This document shows positions 21,887 to 30,902 of a DNA stretch of 64,000 nt, in pieces (positions within the stretch are counted from its first letter, which is position 1; each line of letters starts with the position of its first letter). Location: the NCBI RefSeq assembly GCF_024700885.2, contig NZ_CP117016.1. One strand, written 5' to 3'. This DNA is from Escherichia coli. Lineage in GTDB: Bacteria > Pseudomonadota > Gammaproteobacteria > Enterobacterales > Enterobacteriaceae. The position numbers and the translations under genes were made by a program. The notes under the pieces were generated by a model. That model ran no database searches. It was not told the origin of the DNA and saw only the letters and a program-made list of their open reading frames with translations.

Positions 21887-23312
21887 TTTTTATGCGCCGC
21901 CCCATAGCATCGAGGCAGAGCAGGCGGTGATTGGTGGATTGCTTCTGGATGATGACAGCAGTGAGCGCGTCCAGAAAGTTCTGGCGATGCTGAAGCCCGA
22001 TTCATTTTACAGCCGACCACACAAAATCCTTTTCGAAGAAATAACCAGAATGCACCGGGAGCAAAAGCCAGTAGATGGCCTGACGCTTTTCGATGAACTG
22101 GAGCGTAAATCGTTAACGGTGTCTGTTGGCGGTTTTGCTTATATCGCTGAGATCGCAAAGAACACGCCAAGCGCAGCAAACATCGTTGCCTATGCAATGC
22201 AGGTTCGTGAAACCGCAATGGAACGCTACGCCATCAACCGCATGACTGAAGCGACGGAATTGCTCTATTCCCGCAACGGAATGACTGCAACGCAGAAGTA
22301 CGAAGCTATTCAGGCGATTTTCACGCAACTGACAGACCATGCAAAAACCGGATCGCGTCGCGGCCTTCGCTCATTTGGTGAGGTCATGGAAGACTGGGTT
22401 AGCGACCTTGAGAAGCGATCTGACCCGTCAGGCGAACAACGAGGAATGAGCACAGGGATCCCATCTCTGGACAGGATGCTGTCACCGAAAGGTCTGGTGA
22501 AAGGCTCTCTGTTCGTCATTGGCGCTCGCCCTAAGATGGGGAAAACGACGCTATACAGCCAGATGGCAATCAACTGCGCAGTGCATGAGAAAAAGCCAGC
22601 TCTGATGTTCAGCCTTGAAATGCCAGGTGACCAGATACTGGAAAAACTGGTAGGGCAGAAGTCTGGTGTTAACCCGAATATTTTTTACCTTCCGGCGACA
22701 AATGACGCTGATGACGGCTATCAGGGTGATTACGATGGTGACTTCAACAGGGCGATCGAAACAGCAAATCGCTTGAGTGAAATCGACCTGCTTTACATCG
22801 ACGACACGCCGGGATTATCTCTGGCTCAAATCGTCAGCGAAAGCCGTCGAATCAAGCGAGAAAAAGGATGTGTTGGCATGATTCTGGTCGATTACCTGAC
22901 ACTAATGACCGCTGAAAAGGCCGATCGCAACGACCTTGCTTACGGCATGATCACCAAAGGACTGAAGAACCTTGCCAAAGAGCTTGATTGCGTTGTTGTG
23001 CTTCTGACACAGCTTAACCGCGCACTGGAAAGCCGAACCAATAAACGCCCATTACCAAGTGACTCACGAGATACAGGGCAGATTGAACAGGATTGCGATT
23101 ATTGGGTGGGGATCCATCGTGAAGGTGCTTTTGATGACAGCGTTCCTCCTGGTGAAACCGAACTAATCCTTCGTCTCAATCGTCATGGCAATACCGGCAC
23201 GGTGTATTGCATTCAGGTAAATGGCGCTATTTATGACACAGACCAACAGTCTGCTGAAATGCGCCGACGTGAACGCGAGGAACCGCAGTCCAAGAAGAAA
23301 GGAGGATTCTGA
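21873..23312 (+). CDS. DnaB-like replicative helicase (P22 gene 12-like)
   Basis: N-terminal DnaB domain (SIEAEQAVIGGLLLD) and Walker A GARPKMGKT; start taken at ATG 21873. Confidence 0.85.
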   Translation: MMTDNFYAPPHSIEAEQAVIGGLLLDDDSSERVQKVLAMLKPDSFYSRPHKILFEEITRMHREQKPVDGLTLFDELERKSLTVSVGGFAYIAEIAKNTPSAANIVAYAMQVRETAMERYAINRMTEATELLYSRNGMTATQKYEAIQAIFTQLTDHAKTGSRRGLRSFGEVMEDWVSDLEKRSDPSGEQRGMSTGIPSLDRMLSPKGLVKGSLFVIGARPKMGKTTLYSQMAINCAVHEKKPALMFSLEMPGDQILEKLVGQKSGVNPNIFYLPATNDADDGYQGDYDGDFNRAIETANRLSEIDLLYIDDTPGLSLAQIVSESRRIKREKGCVGMILVDYLTLMTAEKADRNDLAYGMITKGLKNLAKELDCVVVLLTQLNRALESRTNKRPLPSDSRDTGQIEQDCDYWVGIHREGAFDDSVPPGETELILRLNRHGNTGTVYCIQVNGAIYDTDQQSAEMRRREREEPQSKKKGGF

Positions 23313-23387
23313 TGACCATCTACATCACTGAGCTAATAACAGGCCTGCTGGTAATCGCAGGCCTTTTTATTTGGGGGAGAGGGAGTC

Positions 23388-23828
23388 ATGAAAAAACTAA
23401 CCTTTGAAATTCGATCTCCAGCACATCAGCAAAACGCTATTCACGCAGTACAGCAAATTCTTCCAGACCCAACCAAACCAATCGTAGTAACCATTCAGGA
23501 ACGCAACCGCAGCTTAGACCAAAACCGAAAGCTTTGGGCCTGCTTAGGTGACGTCTCTCGTCAGGTTGAATGGCATGGTCGCTGGCTGGATGCAGAAAGC
23601 TGGAAGTGTGTGTTTACCGCAGCATTAAAGCAGCAGGATGTTGTTCCTAACCTTGCCGGGAATGGCTTTGTGGTAATAGGCCAGTCAACCAGCAGGATGC
23701 GTGTAAGCGAATTTGCGGAGCTATTAGAGCTTATACAGGCATTCGGTACAGAGCGTGGCGTTAAGTGGTCAGACGAAGCGCGACTGGCTCTCGAATGGAA
23801 AGCGCGATGGGGAGACAGGGCGGCATGA
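23388..23828 (+). CDS. ninB: NinB (Orf family recombination mediator)
   Basis: 146-aa [62 protein letters not shown]..., recognised as lambda NinB. Confidence 0.9.
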   Translation: MKKLTFEIRSPAHQQNAIHAVQQILPDPTKPIVVTIQERNRSLDQNRKLWACLGDVSRQVEWHGRWLDAESWKCVFTAALKQQDVVPNLAGNGFVVIGQSTSRMRVSEFAELLELIQAFGTERGVKWSDEARLALEWKARWGDRAA

Positions 23829-24001
23829 GACGACAGCGACGAAGTATCACCGACATAATCTGCGAAAACTGCAAATACCTTCCAACGAAACGCTCCAGAA
23901 ATAAACGCAAGCCAATCCCAAAAGAATCTGACGTAAAAACCTTCAATTACACAGCTCACCTGTGGGATATCCGGTGGCTAAGAAATCGTGCGAGGAAATG
24001 A
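23825..24001 (+). CDS. ninD: NinD-like small zinc-finger protein
   Basis: Internal start [34 protein letters not shown]...; lambda nin-region small protein. Confidence 0.7.
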   Translation: MRRQRRSITDIICENCKYLPTKRSRNKRKPIPKESDVKTFNYTAHLWDIRWLRNRARK

Positions 24002-24381
24002 CAATGGATTATTCACAGTTAAGTGATTTTGAAATTAACAAGCGAGTGGCAATCGCAAATGGACTTTTGGTTCAGGGCATTGATGATAGTAAAGCCACTG
24101 GAATGACTAGCAAATATCACGAACTCCGGCCGCACACTGTTTGGGTGAGTGATGGTAAAAACCCATGGGTGCAATATGCACCAACTCTTTGCTGGGAGGA
24201 TGCTGGACCTGTCATCTTGAAGAATCGCATCAGTCTTGTTTGGGATTGCGCTGAAGATGGCAGTTCTGAATGGTGGAATTCTGTTGATCAGTTCGATTCT
24301 TGCCGAGTTCAGTACCAGTCTAATCCCCTCCGCGCCGCCATGATTGTATTTCTCATGATGCAGGACGCCAATAATGCTTAG
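23998..24381 (+). CDS. nin-region hypothetical protein
   Basis: ORF starting [26 protein letters not shown]...; no recognised domain. Confidence 0.5.
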   Translation: MTMDYSQLSDFEINKRVAIANGLLVQGIDDSKATGMTSKYHELRPHTVWVSDGKNPWVQYAPTLCWEDAGPVILKNRISLVWDCAEDGSSEWWNSVDQFDSCRVQYQSNPLRAAMIVFLMMQDANNA

Positions 24382-24559
24382 CCCATCCCAATCCCTTCAA
24401 TACCAGAAAGAAAGCGTCGAGCGGGCTTTAACGTGCGCTAACTGCGGTCAGAAGCTGCATGTGCTGGAAGTTCACGTGTGTGAGCGTTGTATATATGAAT
24501 GCTTAAATATGGTGGAACATAATGAGAAATATAAGCAACATAGACGAATTAAGAAATAA
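24374..24559 (+). CDS. ninF: NinF-like protein with 3' end displaced by an insertion
   Basis: N-terminal 35 aa ([37 protein letters not shown]) match lambda NinF as recalled; the remainder is unrelated, and the expected NinF C-terminus (CAELMSDPNSSMYEEEDDE) is encoded at 25030..25086 in another frame. Confidence 0.6.
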   Translation: MLSPSQSLQYQKESVERALTCANCGQKLHVLEVHVCERCIYECLNMVEHNEKYKQHRRIKK

Positions 24560-25031
24560 ATTATCATATGATGATGTTTTAGGTGTGCTTAGATGGAAAG
24601 TGTCTCCTTCTAATAATGTTAAGGTTGGCAGTGTTGCTGGTTACATTAGGAGTGATGGTTATAGGATGTTAACTATCGATGGTGTAATTACTTATGCTCA
24701 CCACGTTATATGGATGATAAATAATGGTGAGATTCCATTAGGGTATAAAATTGATCATATAAATGGAGTAAGGTCAGATAATAGGCTATCTAATCTTCGA
24801 TTGGTTACACACCAACAGAATGCACAGAACCAAAAGAGAAAAATAACCAATTCGTCAGGAGTGACTGGAGTATATTTCAATAAAGAGAGATGTAAGTGGA
24901 TTGCGAATATATGCGTAGATGGGCGCACCAAATATCTTGGAATATTTGCAAGCATCATTGACGCTATTGCAGAAAGGAAGAGGGCAGAAAAAGAACTGGG
25001 TTTTCATGAAAACCATGGCAGACCATAACTG
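24487..25031 (+). mobile_element. Inserted free-standing HNH endonuclease cassette inside ninF (approximate boundaries)
   Basis: AT-rich ~0.55-kb segment with its own RBS and ORF, flanked by the two halves of ninF. Confidence 0.5.
24522..25028 (+). CDS. HNH homing-type endonuclease
   Basis: 168-aa ORF with HNH motif (YKIDHINGVRSDNRLSNLRLVTHQQN) and AP2-like segment (GVTGVYFNKERCKWIANI). Confidence 0.8.
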   Translation: MRNISNIDELRNKLSYDDVLGVLRWKVSPSNNVKVGSVAGYIRSDGYRMLTIDGVITYAHHVIWMINNGEIPLGYKIDHINGVRSDNRLSNLRLVTHQQNAQNQKRKITNSSGVTGVYFNKERCKWIANICVDGRTKYLGIFASIIDAIAERKRAEKELGFHENHGRP

Positions 25032-25081
25032 CGCAGAACTGATGAGCGATCCGAATAGCTCAATGTACGAGGAAGAAGACG

Positions 25082-25351
25082 ATGAGTGATTTCTCTGAGC
25101 TTATTTCCTTCAAAAAAGACAGAGAAGAAATGCGGACTGAATCTGTCTATTACGTTCAACACCGGAATAAACGCTCTGTGCTTGATCAGGAGCTGGTTAT
25201 TACCGGAGACCTGGCATTCAGAACATATAAGGCCAGCATGGAAATGAAGGATTTCCCTAAATGTGGTTCTGAAAGAGAAGCCGCGTTAAAGCTGGCAGAG
25301 TGGATGCAGAGAATGGCTGCTGCAATTGAGAATTACTGGAGCGAACCATAA
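25082..25351 (+). CDS. nin-region hypothetical protein (89 aa)
   Basis: ORF with ATGA overlap to the ninF remnant stop. Confidence 0.5.
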   Translation: MSDFSELISFKKDREEMRTESVYYVQHRNKRSVLDQELVITGDLAFRTYKASMEMKDFPKCGSEREAALKLAEWMQRMAAAIENYWSEP

Positions 25352-25641
25352 TGGCTAACCTACGCAAAGAAGCACGCGGCAGAGAATGCCAGGTACGTAT
25401 TTACGGCGTATGCAATGGCAATCCTGAAACTACAGTTCTGGCACATTACCGGATGGCTGGAATTTGCGGAACGGGAATGAAACCTGACGACCTGATCGGT
25501 GCATGGGCTTGTAGCGCGTGTCACGATGAAATCGACCGACGTACCCATAACCTCGACAACAAAGACGCCAGACTTTACCACCTCGAAGGCGTGATCAGGA
25601 CGCAGGCGATACTGCTGAGGGAGGGGAAGATTAAGCCATGA
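25351..25641 (+). CDS. nin-region Cys-rich hypothetical protein (96 aa)
   Basis: ORF with Cys/His cluster (CQVRIYGVC...CSACHDEID). Confidence 0.55.
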   Translation: MANLRKEARGRECQVRIYGVCNGNPETTVLAHYRMAGICGTGMKPDDLIGAWACSACHDEIDRRTHNLDNKDARLYHLEGVIRTQAILLREGKIKP

Positions 25642-26000
25642 ACGAATATCAGTTTGTGCTTCCATACCCGCCGTCGGTGAATACCTACTGGCGAAGACGG
25701 GGAAGCCAATACTACATCAGCGATAAAGGCCAGAAATACCGAAAAGATGTACAGCAAATAATCCGCCAACTCAAGTTAGACATTTTCACCAAATCACGAC
25801 TCCGCATCAAAGTCATCGCAGACGTTCCAGACTCCCGCCGCCGCGACCTCGATAACATCCTGAAAGGTTTACTCGATTCCCTTATCCACGCCGGATTTGC
25901 GGAAGACGACGAGCAATTCGATGACATTCGCGTAATTCGTGGTGTGAAAGTACCAGGCGGACGGCTTGGAATAAAAATCACCGAACTGGAGAACGCATGA
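25638..26000 (+). CDS. rusA: RusA-type Holliday-junction resolvase
   Basis: 120-aa ORF with LPYPPSVNTYWRR and DLDNILKGLLDSL motifs typical of RusA. Confidence 0.85.
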   Translation: MNEYQFVLPYPPSVNTYWRRRGSQYYISDKGQKYRKDVQQIIRQLKLDIFTKSRLRIKVIADVPDSRRRDLDNILKGLLDSLIHAGFAEDDEQFDDIRVIRGVKVPGGRLGIKITELENA

Positions 26001-26185
26001 ACGCCACAATTCAAACGATACCAGAGCTTCTTATTCAGACACGAGGCAATCAGACCGAAGTGGCGAGGATGCTTTCCTGCGCAAGAGGAACAGTGCTCAA
26101 GTACAACCGAGACAGCAAAGGCGAGCGTCACGTAATAGTTAACGGCGTCCTGATGGTCAAACAGGGCAAGAGGGGTAGACCATGA
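25997..26185 (+). CDS. ninH: NinH-like protein
   Basis: 62-aa ORF containing GNQTEVARMLSCARGTV, matching lambda NinH. Confidence 0.75.
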   Translation: MNATIQTIPELLIQTRGNQTEVARMLSCARGTVLKYNRDSKGERHVIVNGVLMVKQGKRGRP

Positions 26186-26805
26186 GACTCGAAAGTGTAG
26201 CTAAATTTCATTCGCCAAAAAGCCCGATGATGAGCGACTCACCACGGGCCACGGCTTCTGACTCTCTTTCCGGTACTGATGTGATGGCTGCTATGGGGAT
26301 GGCGCAATCACAAGCCGGATTCGGAATGGCTGCATTCTGCGGTAAGCATGAACTCAGCCAGAACGACAAACAAAAGGCTATCAACTATCTGATGCAATTT
26401 GCACACAAGGTATCGGGGAAATACCGTGGCGTGGCAAAACTCGAAGGAAATACTAAGGCAAAGGTACTGCAAGTGCTCGCAACATTCGCTTATGCGGATT
26501 ATTGCCGTAGTGCCGCGACGCCGGGCGCAAGATGCAGAGATTGCCACGGTACAGGCCGTGCGGTTGATATAGCAAAAACAGAGCAGTGGGGGAGAGTTGT
26601 CGAGAAAGAGTGCGGAAGATGCAAAGGCGTCGGCTATTCAAGGATGCCAGCAAGCGCAGCATATCGCGCTGTGACGATGCTAATCCCAAACCTTACCCAA
26701 CCCACCTGGTCACGCACCGTTAAGCCGCTGTATGACGCTCTGGTGGTGCAATGCCACAAAGAAGAGTCAATCGCAGATAACATTTTGAATGCGGTCACAC
26801 GTTAG
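26182..26805 (+). CDS. Q: Late-gene antiterminator Q (lambda type)
   Basis: 207-aa ORF MRLESVAKFHSPKSPMMSDSPRATASDSLSGTDVMAAMGMAQSQAG..., recognised as lambda Q including the Zn finger CRDCHGTG...CGRCKG. Confidence 0.95.
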   Translation: MRLESVAKFHSPKSPMMSDSPRATASDSLSGTDVMAAMGMAQSQAGFGMAAFCGKHELSQNDKQKAINYLMQFAHKVSGKYRGVAKLEGNTKAKVLQVLATFAYADYCRSAATPGARCRDCHGTGRAVDIAKTEQWGRVVEKECGRCKGVGYSRMPASAAYRAVTMLIPNLTQPTWSRTVKPLYDALVVQCHKEESIADNILNAVTR

Positions 26806-26847
26806 CGGCATGATTGCCACGGATGGCAACATCTTTACGGCATGATA

Positions 26848-26876
26848 TTGACTTTTTGAATAAAGTTGGGTAAATT
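26848..26876 (+). promoter_or_regulatory. Late promoter pR' with qut site
   Basis: TTGACT (26848) ... TAAATT (26871) directly downstream of Q, matching the lambda pR' region. Confidence 0.7.
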
Positions 26877-26882
26877 TGACCC

Positions 26883-27076
26883 AACGATGGGTTAATTCGC
26901 TCGTTGTGGTAGTGAGATGAAAAGAGGCGGCGCTTACTACCGATTCCGCCTAGTTGGTCACTTCGACGTATCGTCTGGAACTCCAACCATCGCAGGCTGA
27001 GAGGTCTGTAAAATGCAATCCCGAAACAGTTCGCAGGTAATAGTTAGATCCTGCATAACGGTTTCGGGATTTTTTA
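26883..27076 (+). ncRNA. 6S-like pR' leader transcript ending at tR'
   Basis: Lambda-like leader sequence ending in hairpin AATCCCGAAAC...GTTTCGGGATTTTTTAT (tR', ~27018..27076). Confidence 0.5.
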
Positions 27077-27079
27077 TTT

Positions 27080-27154
27080 GGGTCAGTCGTATAAAGGTCA
27101 TTACGGAAGGCTGTTAACCTTCTTATCGTGGTTCGAGTCCACGCTGTCCCGCCA
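27080..27154 (+). tRNA. tRNA-like gene, anticodon GTT (Asn-like)
   Basis: Hand-folded cloverleaf: acceptor GGGTCAG/CTGTCCC (one mismatch), anticodon stem GAAGG/CCTTC with loop CTGTTAA, T-arm CGTGG-TTCGAGT-CCACG, discriminator G and CCA. Confidence 0.5.
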
Positions 27155-27159
27155 AATAT

Positions 27160-27235
27160 GCTGGTTTAGCTCCAATGGTAGAGCAGTCGCCTTGTAAACG
27201 AATGGGTAGCGGTTCAAGTCCGTTAACCAGCACCA
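27160..27235 (+). tRNA. tRNA-like gene, anticodon TGT (Thr-like)
   Basis: Acceptor GCTGGTT/AACCAGC, canonical D-arm GCTC-CAATGGTA-GAGC, T-arm AGCGG-TTCAAGT-CCGTT, CCA end; anticodon stem has two mismatches. Confidence 0.5.
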
Positions 27236-27477
27236 TAACTGAGCCGTAGCCACTGACTATCCTGAATTCATCAGTGATAGTTACGCTGCGGCCTTCTACA
27301 CATGATATTCGTGAAAGCGGGTGGCAGGAGGTTGCGCTAACAACCTCATGCCGTTTTGCCCGTGCATATCGGTCACGAACAAATCTGATTACTAAACACA
27401 GTAGCCTGGATTTGTTCTATCAGTAATCGACCTTATTCCTAATTAAATAGAGCAAATCCCCTTATTGGGGGTAAGAC

Positions 27478-27801
27478 ATGAAGATGCCAGAAAAACATGA
27501 CCTGTTAGCCGCCATTCTCGCGGCAAAGGAACAAGGCATCGGGGCAATCCTTGCGTTTGCAATGGCGTACCTTCGCGGCAGATATAATGGCGGTGCGTTT
27601 ACAAAAACAGTAATCGACGCAACGATGTGCGCCATTATCGCCTGGTTCATTCGTGACCTTCTCGACTTCGCCGGACTAAGTAGCAACCTCGCTTATATAA
27701 CGAGCGTGTTCATCGGCTATATCGGTACTGACTCGATTGGTTCGCTTATCAAACGCTTCGCTGCTAAAAAAGCCGGAGTAGAAGATGGTGGAAATCAATA
27801 A
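27478..27801 (+). CDS. S: Holin S (class I, dual-start)
   Basis: [34 protein letters not shown]..., lambda S. Confidence 0.95.
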   Translation: MKMPEKHDLLAAILAAKEQGIGAILAFAMAYLRGRYNGGAFTKTVIDATMCAIIAWFIRDLLDFAGLSSNLAYITSVFIGYIGTDSIGSLIKRFAAKKAGVEDGGNQ

Positions 27802-28261
27802 TCAACGTAAGGCGTTCCTCGATATGCTGGCGTGGTCAGAGGGGACTGATAACGGACGTCAGAAAACCAGAAATCATGGTTATGACGTCATTGTAGGCGG
27901 AGAGCTATTCACTGATTACTCCGATCACCCTCGCAAACTTGTCACGCTAAACCCCAAACTCAAATCAACAGCCGCCGGACGCTACCAGCTTCTTTCCCGT
28001 TGGTGGGATGCCTATCGTAAGCAGCTTGGCCTGAAAGACTTCTCTCCGAAAAGCCAGGACGCTGTGGCACTGCAACAGATTAAAGAGCGTGGCGCTTTAC
28101 CGATGATTGATCGCGGTGATATCCGTCAGGCAATCGACCGTTGCAGCAATATCTGGGCTTCACTGCCGGGGGCTGGTTATGGTCAGTTCGAGCATAAGGC
28201 TGACAGCCTGATTGCAAAATTCAAAGAAGCTGGCGGAACGGTCAGAGAGATTGAGGTATGA
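27785..28261 (+). CDS. R: Endolysin R (lytic transglycosylase)
   Basis: [42 protein letters not shown]..., lambda R. Confidence 0.95.
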   Translation: MVEINNQRKAFLDMLAWSEGTDNGRQKTRNHGYDVIVGGELFTDYSDHPRKLVTLNPKLKSTAAGRYQLLSRWWDAYRKQLGLKDFSPKSQDAVALQQIKERGALPMIDRGDIRQAIDRCSNIWASLPGAGYGQFEHKADSLIAKFKEAGGTVREIEV

Positions 28262-28725
28262 GCAGAGTAACCGCGATTATCTCCGCTCTGGTTATCTGCA
28301 TCATCGCCTGTCTGTCATGGGCGGTTAATCATTACCGTGATAACGCCATCGCCTACAAAGAACAGCGAGATAAAAAAGTCAGTGAGCTGAAGCAGGCGAC
28401 CGCCACCATTACTGACATGCAGCAGCGCCAGCGTGCTGCTGATGCACTCGATGCTAAATACACGAAGGAGTTAGCTGATGCGAAAGCTGAAAATGATGCT
28501 CTTCGGCGCAAGCTTGATAATGGTGGTCGGGTGTTCGTCAAAGGAAAATGCCCTATGCCATCCTCAGCCGAAACCTCCAGCGCCTCCGGCATGGGCAATG
28601 ATGCCACCGTCGAACTCTCTCCAGTTGCTGGACGAAACGTTCTCGGTATCCGGGACGGAATCATCAGCGACCAAACAGCACTGAGAACGCTTCAGGAATA
28701 CATCAGGACGCAATGCCTTCGATGA
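28258..28725 (+). CDS. Rz: Spanin inner-membrane subunit Rz
   Basis: N-terminal TM segment plus coiled coil; lambda Rz-like. Confidence 0.9.
   Translation: MSRVTAIISALVICIIACLSWAVNHYRDNAIAYKEQRDKKVSELKQATATITDMQQRQRAADALDAKYTKELADAKAENDALRRKLDNGGRVFVKGKCPMPSSAETSSASGMGNDATVELSPVAGRNVLGIRDGIISDQTALRTLQEYIRTQCLR
28478..28684 (+). CDS. Rz1: Spanin outer-membrane lipoprotein Rz1 (embedded in Rz, +1 frame)
   Basis: [21 protein letters not shown]... lipobox followed by a proline-rich segment, nested in Rz. Confidence 0.7.
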   Translation: MRKLKMMLFGASLIMVVGCSSKENALCHPQPKPPAPPAWAMMPPSNSLQLLDETFSVSGTESSATKQH

Positions 28726-28899
28726 TAGCGATAATTTTACTCATCATCCTTCACATCTGGCTCTGTAGACAGGGTGGTGATCACTTCTGGAGTGAATCCA
28801 GATTAAACATCTCATTGCTGATGCTTGATATTGAGCATCTTGCGCGCGGTAAGGGGCTGCGTTGAGATAAGAGCCAGTTCATTACAAATACCAGGATTT

Positions 28900-28928
28900 A
28901 GCCTCGCATTCGCGGGGTTTTTTATTCC
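28900..28928 (+). terminator. Putative intrinsic terminator after lysis genes
   Basis: Hairpin CCTCGCATTCGCGGGG followed by TTTTTTATT. Confidence 0.4.
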
Positions 28929-28947
28929 CAACTCCATAGGTAATTTT

Positions 28948-29427
28948 ATGACCCAGCATATTGGCGTAAAACTGATTAACGCCTTTCCGATGACGAGACA
29001 GGCATATAACGATTTTCGTGGCTGGCAGCTTCCTGCCGGAGAAAACGGCGAGGACGAAGGCTATCTGGTTGAATATCTGGATGGCGGAAAACCTAACACC
29101 GATCGCTTTGATGGCTACGTTAGCTGGAGTCCAAAAGAAGTATTCGAAAAGGCTTATCGTCCGGTATCAGGACTAAGTTTCGGCCTTGCCATGGAAGCGT
29201 TAAAACAGGGCAAAAGTTTGCAGCGGGCAGGATGGAATGGGAAAGACCAGTTTGTTTATCTCGTGAAAGGGGAAAAATTAGCGTCTGCGTTGGGTTATGG
29301 CTTTGGCGAATATGTTGGCGAGCCAACTTTCAATGACACGCTTGTATTGAAAAACTCACAGAACCGCCTTGCTACATGGGTTCCATCCATTGGCGACCTG
29401 ATGGCTGAAGACTGGCAAATCATTTAA
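28948..29427 (+). CDS. Hypothetical late-region protein (DUF2829-like?)
   Basis: Track ORF 28825..29427; start moved to ATG at 28948 (MTQHIGVKL...) downstream of the terminator hairpin; C-terminal WNGK...YLV...TW.PS..DLMAEDW motif. Confidence 0.5.
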   Translation: MTQHIGVKLINAFPMTRQAYNDFRGWQLPAGENGEDEGYLVEYLDGGKPNTDRFDGYVSWSPKEVFEKAYRPVSGLSFGLAMEALKQGKSLQRAGWNGKDQFVYLVKGEKLASALGYGFGEYVGEPTFNDTLVLKNSQNRLATWVPSIGDLMAEDWQII

Positions 29428-29660
29428 CCATGTAGGCATTACAAAGCCTATCTACGGGTGGGCTTGATAATGAAACCGGAATTTATTCTGGGCAACCAGT
29501 TACGGCAGTACAGCGAAGCAACCCAAGCCAGAAAGTGGGGAAATAACACTGGCAGCCACTGAAAGATGAACCTCCTGCCTTATGGCAAAAAAGATTCTTT
29601 GTGGTGGCGGACTGATGGAAAGACATCCTAATCAAGCAACCACTCCACAGGGTCATAATT

Positions 29661-30032
29661 ATGAACGACCAGCAAATCGAAAAAGAAATCGTTGAGAAAG
29701 GCAAAACGGCACCGCGCGTTACGCCAGACCATATCGAAGGAATTATTGCTCAGGAGGCATATTTCACAGCAGAGGATGGTGCCTTTGGCAAAGCCATAAA
29801 AGATAAACATACTGGCGGAGAGGTAAACTACCAGCCGCACGAATCACTTTCTCTGCTGACGTTCTGCGTCCTGGTGCTGCGCAACGGCTTCACCGTCACC
29901 GGAGAGAGTGCCTGTGCAAGTCCGGAAAATTTTGATGCAGAAATTGGTCGGAAGATTGCCCGGCAGAATGCTGTAAACAAAATCTGGATGCTCGAAGGTT
30001 ACTTGCTGAAGCAGAAGCTAAGCGAACAGTAG
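29661..30032 (+). CDS. Hypothetical late-region protein (123 aa)
   Basis: ORF with RBS; no confidently recognised domain. Confidence 0.5.
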   Translation: MNDQQIEKEIVEKGKTAPRVTPDHIEGIIAQEAYFTAEDGAFGKAIKDKHTGGEVNYQPHESLSLLTFCVLVLRNGFTVTGESACASPENFDAEIGRKIARQNAVNKIWMLEGYLLKQKLSEQ

Positions 30033-30135
30033 TTATTACAAAAGCCATTCCCTACAGAGTGGCTTTGATAATGGCTTATACCCTACACGGGATAACTTAA
30101 CTGATATCCCTTTTAACGGATAAACGGAGCCAACA

Positions 30136-30378
30136 ATGGCAGAGATTATTCCCATGACTGAAGAACAGAAATTCCAGTTAGAGATTTACAAACTGGTCAT
30201 GAACCAGAACGCAGCCGCAGAAGAAGCATTTCAATTCATTGGCACTGACGAACTGAAGCTTGAGCTATTCAAAATTCACTTCCAGTCAGGCGGCGCTAAT
30301 TCGGATATCACGACCCGCACTATCGAAGCGGTGCGTAAATCGAAGGAAGCGTTAGACCTGTTCACTACCGGAGCATGA
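30136..30378 (+). CDS. Hypothetical small acidic protein (80 aa)
   Basis: ORF immediately upstream of the small terminase. Confidence 0.5.
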   Translation: MAEIIPMTEEQKFQLEIYKLVMNQNAAAEEAFQFIGTDELKLELFKIHFQSGGANSDITTRTIEAVRKSKEALDLFTTGA

Positions 30379-30407
30379 TGCTCAACCTGAAATAACAAAT
30401 AAGTGAG

Positions 30408-30902
30408 ATGAATATGGCAGCACCAAAGGGCAACCGATTTTGGGAGGCCCGCAGTAGTCATGGGCGAAATCCTAAATTCGAATCGCCCGAGGCGCTGTGG
30501 GCTGCTTGTTGTGAATACTTCGAGTGGGCTGATGATAACCCGCTATGGGAGGGTAAGGTATTTTCATATCAGGGAGAAATAATTAAGGCTAACGTTCCTA
30601 AGATGCGAGCCATGACTATTTCAGGATTGTGTACCTTCCTTGATATCACCAGGCAAACATGGGGAACCTTCCGGTCAATGGAAGGTTTTTCTGACGTCAC
30701 ATCACGAGCGGAAGACATCATCTACGACCAGAAATTCTCTGGCGCAGCCGCTGACCTTCTCAACGCTAACATCATCGCCCGTGATTTGGGCCTCAAAGAG
30801 CAGTCGCAAGTTGAAGACGTGACACCTGATAAGGGAGATCGCGATAAGCGGCGCTCTCGTATCAAGGAGCTATTCAACCGTGGAACTGGACGCGATTCTT
30901 GA
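30408..30902 (+). CDS. Terminase small subunit (P22 gp3-like)
   Basis: [38 protein letters not shown]..., P22 gp3 family; pac site expected within the gene. Confidence 0.85.
   Translation: MNMAAPKGNRFWEARSSHGRNPKFESPEALWAACCEYFEWADDNPLWEGKVFSYQGEIIKANVPKMRAMTISGLCTFLDITRQTWGTFRSMEGFSDVTSRAEDIIYDQKFSGAAADLLNANIIARDLGLKEQSQVEDVTPDKGDRDKRRSRIKELFNRGTGRDS

Noticed and set aside
27080-27235. Alternative reading of the tRNA-like pair as part of the 6S RNA or a terminator
   Set aside because: The region begins after the tR' hairpin and U-run and folds into two separate cloverleaves with T-loops and CCA ends; kept as tRNA-like at moderate confidence rather than dismissed, but mismatches mean pseudo-tRNA status cannot be excluded.
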